A stretch of DNA of 64,000 nucleotides, from assembly GCA_026417555.1 (NCBI GenBank), contig JAOADA010000001.1, positions 273,245 to 337,244 of the forward strand, given 5' to 3'. Of this stretch, positions 9,322 to 18,668 are shown in pieces. Both the position numbers and the translations under genes were made by a program. Position 1 is the first letter of the stretch. Each line of letters opens with the position of its first letter. A model generated the notes under the pieces. That model searched no databases. It worked only from the letters and a program-made list of their open reading frames with translations, and was not told the origin of the DNA. The stretch comes from Brevinematales bacterium. GTDB lineage: Bacteria > Spirochaetota > Brevinematia > Brevinematales > Thermospiraceae.

Positions 9322-9435
9322 GAGGTTTTTCCTCTATGGTGGTGGGCGTAAAAAAAGGGATTTTGGTTTTTTCATTGTTTGGGGAGAAAAACAAAAAATC
9401 ACGAGAGTCTTGAGAAGAGAATGGTGTGGTGATTT

Positions 9436-9464
9436 TTGACTTTTTCCTGGCTTTTCTGTATATT
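9436..9464 (+). promoter_or_regulatory. Sigma-70-type promoter (TTGACT-17-TATATT) upstream of clpP
   Basis: -35 at 9436-9441 and -10 at 9459-9464, 33 nt upstream of the ATG at 9497. Confidence 0.5.
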
Positions 9465-9496
9465 GTATTAGTTTTATTTCACAGAAGGAGAGAGAA

Positions 9497-10078
9497 ATGT
9501 TGGTACCTATTGTGGTAGAACAGAGCAATCGGGGTGAACGAGCCTATGATATTTATTCCAGGCTTTTGAAGGATAGGATTGTCTTTTTGGGATCTCCTAT
9601 TGACGATGATGTGGCTAACCTGGTGATTGCTCAACTTCTTTTTTTGGAGGCAGAAGATCCAGAGAGAGATATTCATCTCTACATTAATTCCCCTGGCGGG
9701 GTAGTGACAGCTGGTCTTGCTATCTACGATACGATGAATTTTATCAAATGTGATGTGGCAACCATTTGTATTGGCCAGGCAGCCTCTATGGGGGCGGTTC
9801 TTCTTGCGGCAGGTGCTCCAGGAAAGCGTTATAGTCTTCCCCAGTCGAGAATTATGATCCATCAGCCTTCAGGGGGAACCCAGGGTCAGGCTACTGATGT
9901 GCGTATTCAAGCGGAGGAGATGCTTCGAATTAAGTCTGTCCTAGACAATATTCTTGCCAAACATACGGGACAGCCTATTGAGAGGATCGAGAAAGATACC
10001 GATAGAGACTTTTTCATGTCAGCGGTTGATGCCAAAGCATATGGCATCATTGATGAAATTATCGAGAAAAGGAAATAA
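9497..10078 (+). CDS. clpP: ATP-dependent Clp protease proteolytic subunit ClpP
   Basis: 193-aa ORF. Canonical [19 protein letters not shown] (active-site Ser) and IMIHQP (His). Confidence 0.97.
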   Translation: MLVPIVVEQSNRGERAYDIYSRLLKDRIVFLGSPIDDDVANLVIAQLLFLEAEDPERDIHLYINSPGGVVTAGLAIYDTMNFIKCDVATICIGQAASMGAVLLAAGAPGKRYSLPQSRIMIHQPSGGTQGQATDVRIQAEEMLRIKSVLDNILAKHTGQPIERIEKDTDRDFFMSAVDAKAYGIIDEIIEKRK

Positions 10079-10081
10079 GGG

Positions 10082-11377
10082 ATGGCAGAGTCCAAGGAAA
10101 CCTCGACCAAGAAACAACTGAGAAAATGTGCCCTGTGTGGTATGCCCCTTGAGCATTTTCGGGGGTACATTTTTGAGTCTGTAGACAAATCCAATGTCTA
10201 TGTTTGCCAGAATTGTATCCAGAGTTGCTATGCCATGATCGAAAAGGATCAAAAGAGGTCTCTTTTGGGGGATGAACTGAAAAATCTTCCTACCCCTCGA
10301 GAGATCAAGCATTTTTTAGACCAGTATGTGATTGGACAGGAAAAAGTCAAGAAAATCCTTTCCGTGGCGGTGTATAATCATTACAAGCGGATTTTGCACC
10401 ATCATGGGGAGTTTGATGGGTTGTCAGAGGAGGGGGTTGAGCTTGACAAGAGCAATGTCCTTCTCATAGGGCCAACAGGGAGTGGAAAAACATTGCTTGC
10501 CAAAACGCTTGCCAAGCTTTTGAATGTTCCTTTTGCTATTGCAGATGCGACAACACTTACGGAGGCAGGTTATGTGGGAGATGATGTAGAAAATGTCCTT
10601 CAGCGGTTAATTCTCAACGCTGGAGGAGCTACGGTAGATCCTGCTTCTCCTGAGTTTTCTCGTGTTATTGCCAAGGCGGAGATGGGAATTGTGTATATTG
10701 ATGAGATTGATAAAATCTCCCGAAAAAGTGAGAGTCCCTCGATCACCCGTGATGTGTCTGGAGAAGGTGTGCAACAAGCCCTTCTCAAGATTATTGAGGG
10801 GACGGTAGCCTCTGTTCCGCTGTATGGGGGGAGAAAACATCCCCAACAATTTAATCCCCTCATAAACACTTCTCATATTCTTTTCATTGTAGGTGGGGCA
10901 TTTGTAGGGCTTGAGGAGATTATCCGCCAGCGCATGGCAAAAAAAGAGATTGGTTTTCGGAGTCAGCAGTTTGAGAAAATGACAACTGAAGAGATTCTTT
11001 CCTATGTGACTCCTTATGATCTTGTGAAGTATGGGATTATTCCTGAACTTGTTGGGAGACTTCCTGTGATTGGTACACTTTCAGAACTCACTGAGGAGGA
11101 ACTTCGCCACGTTCTTCTTGATCCAAAAAATTCTCTCATCAAACAGTACCAATACCTCATGGCTATTGACAACGTCAAGTTAGAGTTTACTGATGAGGCT
11201 ATTGATGCTATTGTGAAAAAAGCCATCGAAAGAAAAACAGGAGCGAGGGGGCTTCGGGCTGTGCTTGAGGAATCTATGACAGATATTATGTTTCGTGTTC
11301 CTTCTATGCCTGAGGTACGGCACTGTGTGATTACCAAAGAAGTGATCACTGAAAAGGCAGAACCTATTCTCAAGTAG
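10082..11377 (+). CDS. clpX: ATP-dependent Clp protease ATP-binding subunit ClpX
   Basis: 431-aa ORF. N-terminal C4 zinc-binding CxxC...CxxC, Walker A GPTGSGKT, Walker [10 protein letters not shown]. Confidence 0.97.
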   Translation: MAESKETSTKKQLRKCALCGMPLEHFRGYIFESVDKSNVYVCQNCIQSCYAMIEKDQKRSLLGDELKNLPTPREIKHFLDQYVIGQEKVKKILSVAVYNHYKRILHHHGEFDGLSEEGVELDKSNVLLIGPTGSGKTLLAKTLAKLLNVPFAIADATTLTEAGYVGDDVENVLQRLILNAGGATVDPASPEFSRVIAKAEMGIVYIDEIDKISRKSESPSITRDVSGEGVQQALLKIIEGTVASVPLYGGRKHPQQFNPLINTSHILFIVGGAFVGLEEIIRQRMAKKEIGFRSQQFEKMTTEEILSYVTPYDLVKYGIIPELVGRLPVIGTLSELTEEELRHVLLDPKNSLIKQYQYLMAIDNVKLEFTDEAIDAIVKKAIERKTGARGLRAVLEESMTDIMFRVPSMPEVRHCVITKEVITEKAEPILK

Positions 11378-11389
11378 CAAGGAGGCTCT

Positions 11390-13753
11390 GTGTCGGAGAA
11401 ACAGAAACTACCCATTATTCCCCTCAAGGGGGTGGTGGTTTTTCCCCATATGGTGGTTCCACTTATTATTGGACGACCAAGTTCTATCCGTGCGGTGCTC
11501 TATGCGTATGAGCACAACACGAAGCTCTTTTTGGTAGCTCAGAAAGACAAAGAAATAGAAACCCCTACTCAGGATGATATGTATCGGGTAGGTTGCGTTG
11601 CTACCATTATTGAACTCATGAATCTCCCCAATGGTTTGGTGCGGATTATTGCTGAGGGTGAAGAAAGGGCTGAGGCTATTGATCTTCGTTATCAAGAGGC
11701 AGAGTCAGAAGATTTTCCTTGGGCAGAAGTAATTCCTCTTGAAACCTATGTAGAAAACGAGGAAGAGGTAGAAGCCTTTGTTCGTACTTTGAAAGATGCT
11801 TTTATTGAATATATTGAGATCAGCGACAAGATTCCCAAAGAGACTATTTTTGCCCTGGCGGAAGTGAATACTCCTGAAAAACTTATTGATGCTGTTATGT
11901 CTAATCTTCCTTCTTCGGTAGAAGAGAGGCAAGAGGTACTTGAAGAGAATAGTCTTAATCAAAGACTTACCAAAACCTTGGCTCTTCTCAAGAAAGAGAC
12001 GGATATCGTGAGGATGGAACAGGATATCAATCAAAGGGTGCAACATCGTCTGGAGAAGCAGCAAAAGAAATATATCCTCAATGAACAGCTCAAAGAGATT
12101 CAAAAGGAACTTCATGAGACAGAGGCAGAAGATGGAGAGGTCGTTGAAGAGGATAGCAATCTCCAAGAGCTTCGAGAGAAGATGAAACAACGCACCTATC
12201 CGGAGTATGTCAAGGAAAAAATCGAGAAAGAAATGGATAGGCTTCGCAAGATGCCTACTTCTTCTCCTGAATACCATATGAACTACACCTATGTAGATTG
12301 GATTGTAGAATTTCCCTGGGGTGTCTATACTCAGGATAATAAAAATATTCGTCTTGCTGAGAAGATCCTTGAAAGGGAACACTATGGACTGAAAGAGGCC
12401 AAGGAGAGGATCCTTGATTTCATTGCGATTCGTCAGCTCAATCCTCAATCCAAAGGCCCTATCATCTGTTTGGTAGGTCCCCCTGGAACAGGAAAAACCT
12501 CGCTTGCTCAGTCTATCGCCCACTCTCTCAATAGGAACTTTGTCCGTTTCTCTCTTGGGGGGGTGCGTGATGAGGCCGAGATTCGAGGGCACAGGAGGAC
12601 CTATATTGGTGCCCTTCCGGGAAAAATTGTTCAACTCATTCGCAAAGCGGGTTCCTTGAATCCCGTGTTTCTTCTTGATGAGGTAGACAAGATGACCATG
12701 GATTTTCGAGGCGATCCCAGTGCTGCTTTGCTTGAGGTGCTTGATCCAGAGCAGAATCATGCCTTTAACGATCATTATTTCGCCCTTGATGTCGATCTTT
12801 CCTATGTCTTCTTTGTAACGACGGCCAATAATCTCTACAATATTCCCGATCCTCTCCGGGACCGTATGGAGATTATTGAAATTCCTGGGTATACCGAACT
12901 TGAAAAGAAAATGATCGCAAAAAATTTTCTTCTTCCTAAACAGTGTCAGGAGAATGGATTGGAGGATGTGACGATCAAGATAGGTGAGGAAGAGATTCTC
13001 GAGATTATTCGTGGCTATACGCGGGAAGCAGGGGTAAGGAGTCTCGAGAGACACATTGGAAAGATTGTCCGAAAAGTGGCCAGAGAAAAGGTCAGAAAGA
13101 ACTTTTCTCGTTTTGTGGTAACAAAGAAAAAGCTTCAGGAGTATCTGGGTATTCCTCGCTATGATTATACGCGGATGCAGAAAGAACCTCGGGTGGGGGT
13201 CATTGCTGGTATGGCCTGGACAGAGAGTGGGGGAGATGTGCTCTATATCGAATCGACCATCTTCAAGGGCAAGGGGAATTTGATTCTCACTGGAAACCTC
13301 GGAGAGGTGATGCAGGAATCAGCCAAGATAGCCTTTTCCTATGCTCGTTCTATTGCAGAGAGATACCACATCTCTCCTCAGATGTTTGAGGAGAATGATC
13401 TCCATATTCATGTTCCCCAGGGAGCTATTCCTAAAGATGGCCCTTCGGCAGGTATCACTATGTTGAGTTCTATCGTGTCAACTTTTTCTGGAAAAAAGGC
13501 CAGGCACGATATAGCCATGACAGGAGAACTTACCCTCAAGGGGGATGTGTTGCCTATTGGAGGACTTCGGGAGAAACTTTTGGCCACCAAACGGGCAGGA
13601 ATTTATGAAGTGATTATCCCCAAACAAAACGAAAAAGATGTGATGGATATTGCCGATGAGATTAAGAAAGATCTCACTATCCATTATGTGGAAAGGGCTA
13701 CCGAGGTTTTGGAGCTGATTTTTTTGCCAGAAGAGAATAATAAAAGTGCTTAA
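11390..13753 (+). CDS. lon: ATP-dependent protease Lon (LonA)
   Basis: 787-aa ORF with GTG start after GGAGG. LON N-domain, Walker A GPPGTGKTS, protease motif PKDGPSAG with catalytic Ser. Confidence 0.97.
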   Translation: MSEKQKLPIIPLKGVVVFPHMVVPLIIGRPSSIRAVLYAYEHNTKLFLVAQKDKEIETPTQDDMYRVGCVATIIELMNLPNGLVRIIAEGEERAEAIDLRYQEAESEDFPWAEVIPLETYVENEEEVEAFVRTLKDAFIEYIEISDKIPKETIFALAEVNTPEKLIDAVMSNLPSSVEERQEVLEENSLNQRLTKTLALLKKETDIVRMEQDINQRVQHRLEKQQKKYILNEQLKEIQKELHETEAEDGEVVEEDSNLQELREKMKQRTYPEYVKEKIEKEMDRLRKMPTSSPEYHMNYTYVDWIVEFPWGVYTQDNKNIRLAEKILEREHYGLKEAKERILDFIAIRQLNPQSKGPIICLVGPPGTGKTSLAQSIAHSLNRNFVRFSLGGVRDEAEIRGHRRTYIGALPGKIVQLIRKAGSLNPVFLLDEVDKMTMDFRGDPSAALLEVLDPEQNHAFNDHYFALDVDLSYVFFVTTANNLYNIPDPLRDRMEIIEIPGYTELEKKMIAKNFLLPKQCQENGLEDVTIKIGEEEILEIIRGYTREAGVRSLERHIGKIVRKVAREKVRKNFSRFVVTKKKLQEYLGIPRYDYTRMQKEPRVGVIAGMAWTESGGDVLYIESTIFKGKGNLILTGNLGEVMQESAKIAFSYARSIAERYHISPQMFEENDLHIHVPQGAIPKDGPSAGITMLSSIVSTFSGKKARHDIAMTGELTLKGDVLPIGGLREKLLATKRAGIYEVIIPKQNEKDVMDIADEIKKDLTIHYVERATEVLELIFLPEENNKSA

Positions 13754-13756
13754 GTT

Positions 13757-13785
13757 TTGCTTCTGAGAAAGTCGATAGATATAGT
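13757..13785 (+). promoter_or_regulatory. Sigma-70-type promoter (TTGCTT-17-TATAGT)
   Basis: -35 at 13757-13762 and -10 at 13780-13785, upstream of the ATG at 13843. Confidence 0.45.
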
Positions 13786-13842
13786 CGAATAGAACGGGGA
13801 AAGTATCCTCGTGAGGCAAAGAGAAAACACAGGAGGCAGGAT

Positions 13843-14547
13843 ATGAGAAAGCATCTTATGGCAGGCCTGTTACTCATTGTTGGGGGATGGGTTTTTGCAG
13901 CCCATAATATTACCGAAGAGTATATCAACTCGTTGGGAGCGGAGTCTATTGATCAATTGATTGTGGCAGCTTCCCTGCAGGATCCTGATGATGTTCCTGT
14001 GAAGATGAAAGCTATTCTTCGTTTGGGTGAACTCAAGGCGAAAGAAGCCGTTCCCGTGCTTATTGAAGCCCTGGGGTATGGATCTGAGACCATTATTCGA
14101 GTGGGGGGAACACGAAAGATATACACTTATCAGGTACGATTAGTGGCAGCGAAAGCTTTGGCTCAGATAGGGGATGAAAGGGCGGTAAAAGCCCTTGCTA
14201 CCCGGGCGTACCAGGATGAGGATCTGATTGTGAAGCGGGCAGCCGTTCAGGCACTGGGGCTTATGGGAAGCAAGGCAAAGGACAAGTATGTGCTTACTAT
14301 TTTGTATGATCTCTTGGACAAAACCCCAGACAATGGGCTTGTTGCCGATATCTGTGAAGCATTAGGGAAAATCGGCGACAAATCTTCCTTTGTCTATCTT
14401 TTGCGGGTGACCCAAGGTCCTTATTTGAATTCGGTGAAAGAAGTCGCTCAGAAGAGTATTACTCAAATCAAGTGGAACGAGCCCAATGTTTTTGAAAGTG
14501 ACAAGGGTTCTGGGCAAGGTGGTACCCAAGCTCCTTACACGAAGTAG
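13843..14547 (+). CDS. Secreted HEAT-repeat (PBS-lyase-like) protein, paralog-like of 3598-4611
   Basis: 234-aa ORF. AGGAGG RBS, signal-like LMAGLLLIVGGWVFA, and repeats such as RLVAAKALAQIGDERAVKAL and VKRAAVQALGLMG. Confidence 0.7.
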   Translation: MRKHLMAGLLLIVGGWVFAAHNITEEYINSLGAESIDQLIVAASLQDPDDVPVKMKAILRLGELKAKEAVPVLIEALGYGSETIIRVGGTRKIYTYQVRLVAAKALAQIGDERAVKALATRAYQDEDLIVKRAAVQALGLMGSKAKDKYVLTILYDLLDKTPDNGLVADICEALGKIGDKSSFVYLLRVTQGPYLNSVKEVAQKSITQIKWNEPNVFESDKGSGQGGTQAPYTK

Positions 14548-14708
14548 AGTCAGAGAAAAGTGAGCCGACACGAGCTCTCTTGGTGGCTAGGAGATGGTGT
14601 CCACAACGAGAGAAGCAAAAGGGACTTTTGTATGGGTATCCTCGGCGGTTAGTTGAGGAGAAAGAAGAAAGAGAAAATACGGTGAGCTTTTTCCCATACA
14701 CGGGAGAC

Positions 14709-14737
14709 GTCTCCAGGCAAAAGGGAGACCTTTTTTT
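14709..14737 (+). terminator. Rho-independent terminator-like hairpin
   Basis: GTCTCC-aggcaaaag-GGAGAC followed by C and T7. Sits 18 nt upstream of the next start codon. Confidence 0.45.
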
Positions 14738-14755
14738 GGAGAGAAGAGAGGTGGT

Positions 14756-15466
14756 ATGGCTCTCACAGACGAGCTTCGTAAGGAAACGGATCGTGTCTAT
14801 CGAACCTTCATTCAGAAAAAACAGTTTTCGGCGGCGTTAGAGGATCTCGAGCGTTTAAAAGATCAGTATGGACTTGATGATACGTTGGCATATTTCTTGG
14901 GGATGTGTTATCTCAATATTGGCAAAAAAGAGGAAGCTAAACGGTATCTCTCTCTTGTCGAAAAGTCCAAAAAAATTACCCTCACCCAACAGATGCAAAC
15001 GTGGATGCTTCTTGGGTATATTGCCTCGGAGGAAACCAGGTGGGATGAGGCGGAAAGATACTTTAAGAGGGTGATAGAAACCAATCCCCAGAGTTCAATG
15101 GCATACTCTAGTCTTGGGTATGTCTATTTTGAGATGAAACGGTATGATCAGGCTATTCTCCATTTTCGAAAAGCTATCCAACTGAATCCTAACAATGCCA
15201 GTGCTCATAATAATCTGGGGTATACCTATGCTGAAATGGGCATAAATCTCAGTGAGGCTATCAGTGAGTGTCGAAAGGCTATCCAGCTTTCTCCAAAATC
15301 AGGGGCATATTATGACAGTCTTGGGTGGGCGTACTATGTCGCTGAGGATTATGAAAACGCTGTGGTGTATCTCCAAAAAGCGCTGGATTATGCCTTGCCC
15401 CAGCAAAAAGAGATTATCACTGAACATCTTCGATTGGCTTATAGGAAACGAGAAAAGGGTGGGTAG
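14756..15466 (+). CDS. TPR-repeat protein
   Basis: 236-aa ORF with several canonical 34-aa TPR units (AYSSLGYVYFEMKRYDQAILHFRKAIQLNPNNASAHNNLGYTY...). Confidence 0.8.
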   Translation: MALTDELRKETDRVYRTFIQKKQFSAALEDLERLKDQYGLDDTLAYFLGMCYLNIGKKEEAKRYLSLVEKSKKITLTQQMQTWMLLGYIASEETRWDEAERYFKRVIETNPQSSMAYSSLGYVYFEMKRYDQAILHFRKAIQLNPNNASAHNNLGYTYAEMGINLSEAISECRKAIQLSPKSGAYYDSLGWAYYVAEDYENAVVYLQKALDYALPQQKEIITEHLRLAYRKREKGG

Positions 15467-15470
15467 AAAT

Positions 15471-17687
15471 ATGGGGGTTCGTTTGGGTTTGTGGATGAGT
15501 CTTTTGTTGGGAATGATGGGTGTTTCGTGGGGGATGGCATTTTCGGCGAGTATCCCACTTCTTGACAATTGGCGATATACCTATGGAGACAATCCCCTCT
15601 ATGCCCAAGAGGAGTATCCAGACCAGGAATGGAAGGTAGTGCAGTTTCCTACGACAACCTTTTCTTTTGAAGGGGAAAAAGAGCCATATACTTGGCTCAG
15701 AAAACGTTTTTTTGTTCCTTCTTCCCTGTCTCATCAGAAACTTGGCTTGTATACAGGGCGCATCCATGATTCGGTGGAGATCTATCTGAATGGGGTATTG
15801 ATTGGGATTTCTGGTTCTCAACCACCCAATCGATATTTCGGGACCCCTCATACTCCACGAGGGTTTCTTTTGCCGCCAGAGGTGATACGGTATGGGGCAG
15901 AGAATCTCCTTGCTATTCGGGTGTATACCCACAAAACGCTCGGGGCTTTTGGAGAGATGCTTATTGCTCCCTATCATGAGGTGAAGGAACGGGTCCGTTG
16001 GGAAACGATGCTTGGACTTGGAATTCCCCAGGTAGTGACGATTATTTCTCTTTTTATGATGGTGTATTTTTTCTTTGTATTTGTGGGGACGAGAGACATG
16101 GCATCGCTTTTTGTTGGTTTTGGAGTATTGTGTATTGGATTATATTATACAGATATTTACGTGGAATACCTTCCGATAGATTATCTTTTGAAACAGAAGA
16201 TAGCCTTTTCTGGGCTGTATCTTTCTTTTGTTTTTTTTGTGTTGTTTTTTCACAGGTTCTACCACATCAAGAGAAAGTCACTTGAGGTACTCTCTTGGAT
16301 ATTGGGAGTGGGGAGTGTAGTGACGAATTTTCTTATGCCGGATTTCCCTACGTGGGAGCTTATTATGGGATCGGTGGTACAGCTTCTTTGGGTGCTTCCT
16401 GTGACATTGTATATGCTTGGGGTGAATCTTGTGGCATTTTTTCAAAAAAAGCCTTATGCTTGGGTGATGTTTTTGGGGACGTTTTGTGCTATTTTCTTTT
16501 CTCTGAAGGATACTTTTGGTTTTATGCTTCATATCTGGGCAAGGTATTGGACAAGTTCGTGGGGAATGCTTTTGTTTTCTGTCTCTCTTTTTGTAGCCAT
16601 GGCTCTGAGAACAGCCGATATTCAAAAGGAGAGTCAGGCAAAAGAAGACGATCTTGCCCGACAAAAAAGTATGTTAGAAAACCTTCTCACGAGAATGAAG
16701 GGAATTACTCAGGAGTTGGGAGAAACCAGTAGGCAACTGGATAGTGAGATTATAAGTGCGAAAATGGCTATAGAGTATGTGGTGGATCTTTCCAGACAGA
16801 TGAGAGAGGAGTTTTTGCATGAAACGAAGGTACTTCATGAAAGTGCGATGACAACAACTTCGGTAATAAAGGATATAGAAAATGTTATCCACCGTCTGGG
16901 AAAAGAGAATGATCTTATTCAAACAGGAATGGGACGTTTTTCTGGGATGGTTGAGGGTATGCAGGGGATAGAGGTCGATATACGATCTCTCAGGGAGGTA
17001 ATAGGGACATTAAAAGAAAGTGTTTTCGTGAGTCGTCAAGAAACAAGGGCTTCCTGGGAGGCCCTCCAGAGCCTCACGGTAAAAGCAGATAAGGTTTTTG
17101 AGCTCTTGGGTAATATTCAGAAAATTGCGGATGATACCAATACTCTTGCTATTAATGCTGCCATACAGTCGGCTCATGCCGGGGAGTATGGCAAGTCTTT
17201 TGCTATTGTAGGTCAGGAGGTGAGAAATCTTGCTCTCAGTGTGGCTCAACTTGCAGAATCAGTGAGTACAGAAGTCCAGGCTATGAATAAAGAACTCACA
17301 GGCACAGAGGGTCATTTTGAGGTGGTGGACAAGGGGTTACAAAAAACTGTTGACGAAATTGCAGGCGTAGAGGGACTTTTGGAGAGATTTCAACAGATTC
17401 TGGAGAATCAAAAAAGGGGTTCCCGAGAGGTGTTTGAAACAGTAGGCGAGTTGAACAGCGTCGTAGAGGAACTCGTGAAGTCGTTGGGGGAACAAAAAGA
17501 GAGGATTCAAGGATTTGGCCATATCTTGCAAGAAACAGAAAAGCTTTTTCAGTCTTTGATCCAGAGACTGGATAGCCAAAGGGAAAAAGAAGAAAAAATT
17601 CTTATTGTGATGGAAAACCTTGGACAATTGTCTCATCATCACAAAACTCTTGTGGGTCAACTTGTCGAAGTGGCATCTGGGTCTTGA
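15471..17687 (+). CDS. 7TM-receptor (7TMR-DISM-like) methyl-accepting chemotaxis protein
   Basis: ATG at 15471 followed by signal-like LGLWMSLLLGMMGVSWGMAFS. About 200-aa extracellular beta-sandwich-like domain, seven predicted TM helices, coiled coil, and the MCP signalling core NTLAINAAIQSAHAGEYGKSFAIVGQEVRNLA. Confidence 0.8.
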   Translation: MGVRLGLWMSLLLGMMGVSWGMAFSASIPLLDNWRYTYGDNPLYAQEEYPDQEWKVVQFPTTTFSFEGEKEPYTWLRKRFFVPSSLSHQKLGLYTGRIHDSVEIYLNGVLIGISGSQPPNRYFGTPHTPRGFLLPPEVIRYGAENLLAIRVYTHKTLGAFGEMLIAPYHEVKERVRWETMLGLGIPQVVTIISLFMMVYFFFVFVGTRDMASLFVGFGVLCIGLYYTDIYVEYLPIDYLLKQKIAFSGLYLSFVFFVLFFHRFYHIKRKSLEVLSWILGVGSVVTNFLMPDFPTWELIMGSVVQLLWVLPVTLYMLGVNLVAFFQKKPYAWVMFLGTFCAIFFSLKDTFGFMLHIWARYWTSSWGMLLFSVSLFVAMALRTADIQKESQAKEDDLARQKSMLENLLTRMKGITQELGETSRQLDSEIISAKMAIEYVVDLSRQMREEFLHETKVLHESAMTTTSVIKDIENVIHRLGKENDLIQTGMGRFSGMVEGMQGIEVDIRSLREVIGTLKESVFVSRQETRASWEALQSLTVKADKVFELLGNIQKIADDTNTLAINAAIQSAHAGEYGKSFAIVGQEVRNLALSVAQLAESVSTEVQAMNKELTGTEGHFEVVDKGLQKTVDEIAGVEGLLERFQQILENQKRGSREVFETVGELNSVVEELVKSLGEQKERIQGFGHILQETEKLFQSLIQRLDSQREKEEKILIVMENLGQLSHHHKTLVGQLVEVASGS

Positions 17688-17740
17688 AAAGAAGAGTTTT
17701 TTTGGCATGTCCTCTCTTTGCAGAGTTTGGCCGAGAGAAA

Positions 17741-17769
17741 TTGCCTTTTTTGTTTTTTTCTTCTATACT
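17741..17769 (+). promoter_or_regulatory. Sigma-70-type promoter (TTGCCT-17-TATACT) upstream of murB
   Basis: -35 at 17741-17746 and -10 at 17764-17769. AAGGAG RBS at 17783-17788 and ATG at 17794. Confidence 0.45.
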
Positions 17770-17793
17770 ATGAGGAGTGGAAAAGGAGTACCT

Positions 17794-18660
17794 ATGATGA
17801 TATACCAGCGTGTTCCGTTAGCTCCTCTCACAACTTTTCGTCTTGGAGGAGAAGCAGAGTTTTTCTGTGAACCGTGCAGTAAAGAGGAATTGAAAGAGGT
17901 GCTGCATCTCTCCCGACAAAACCAGTGGCGCGTGGTTATTTTGGGTGGAGGGTCAAATATCCTCTTTGCAGATGGTCTGATTCGTGGCCTGGTGGTGAGT
18001 ATGCGGGCCTTTCAGGGAATAGAGGAAGAAGGGGAGTGGGTGTGGGTAGGGGCTGGTGTGTCTATGGAGACACTCAATGACTGGGCCATACGCCGGGGAA
18101 GGAGCGGGCTTGAGTGGAGTGGAGGATTGCCGGGAACAGTAGGAGGAGCGACCTATATGAATGCCCGGGCTTATCAGCATGAGATGAGTGAGATAGTCAA
18201 GGCAGTGAGGGTAGTGGACTTCTCGGGAAAAGAGTTTCTCCTCACAGGGGAAAAGATCCATTATAGGTACAAGTACAGCCTATTCATGGAGCATGAGGAT
18301 TGGGTTATTGTTGAAATAGCGCTTGGTTTAGGGGTAGCTTCTTCAGAAGAGATCCGTCAACGAACAGAAGCCTGTCGGAAAGATAGAGAATCTAAGGGTC
18401 AATATGCGTACCCCTCAGCTGGCTGTGCTTTCAAGAATGATTACAGTCGGAATCTACCAGCAGGAAAGGTGATTGACGAGGTGGGGCTCAAAGGATTTCG
18501 GATTGGTGGGGCAGAGGTATATGAGAAACATGCAAATTTTATTATCAATAAGGGAGGAGCCACAGCGGAGGATGTGATCCGTCTTCTTGAGAAAATTGAG
18601 GAAGAGGTGTATACCAAGACAGGGGTACGTCTTGAACGTGAAGTGAAGATTGTCAGGTAG
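17794..18660 (+). CDS. murB: UDP-N-acetylenolpyruvoylglucosamine reductase MurB
   Basis: Start chosen at the ATG after AAGGAG. N-terminus YQRVPLAPLTTFRLGGEAEFF and GGGSNILF FAD-binding motifs. The in-frame upstream extension to 17620 has no RBS. Confidence 0.9.
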   Translation: MMIYQRVPLAPLTTFRLGGEAEFFCEPCSKEELKEVLHLSRQNQWRVVILGGGSNILFADGLIRGLVVSMRAFQGIEEEGEWVWVGAGVSMETLNDWAIRRGRSGLEWSGGLPGTVGGATYMNARAYQHEMSEIVKAVRVVDFSGKEFLLTGEKIHYRYKYSLFMEHEDWVIVEIALGLGVASSEEIRQRTEACRKDRESKGQYAYPSAGCAFKNDYSRNLPAGKVIDEVGLKGFRIGGAEVYEKHANFIINKGGATAEDVIRLLEKIEEEVYTKTGVRLEREVKIVR

Positions 18661-18668
18661 GGAAAGGT

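Noticed and set aside
11705-13054. 449-aa ORF on the minus strand, plus similar long antisense ORFs at 1031-1774, 22513-23397, 30237-31232, 52146-53063, 55500-56738 and 61914-62921
   Set aside because: Each lies entirely antisense to a well-supported conserved gene (lon, mnmG, trpA region, pstS, the coiled-coil gene, prfB, secD). Their translations are low-complexity with no recognisable motifs and no RBS. They are shadow ORFs produced by codon bias.
14580-14840. 86-aa ORF spanning the 14548-14755 spacer
   Set aside because: It runs through the terminator hairpin into the TPR gene in a different frame, with a non-ATG start and no RBS.
15252-15470. Upstream in-frame extension of the 7TM-MCP ORF (the track gives 15252-17687)
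   Set aside because: The extension overlaps the 3' third of the TPR gene in another frame, has no RBS and encodes non-protein-like sequence. The ATG at 15471 is followed by a signal peptide.
17620-17793. Upstream extension of murB
   Set aside because: The extension spans the MCP stop and a promoter-like element. AAGGAG plus ATG at 17794 gives the conserved MurB N-terminus.
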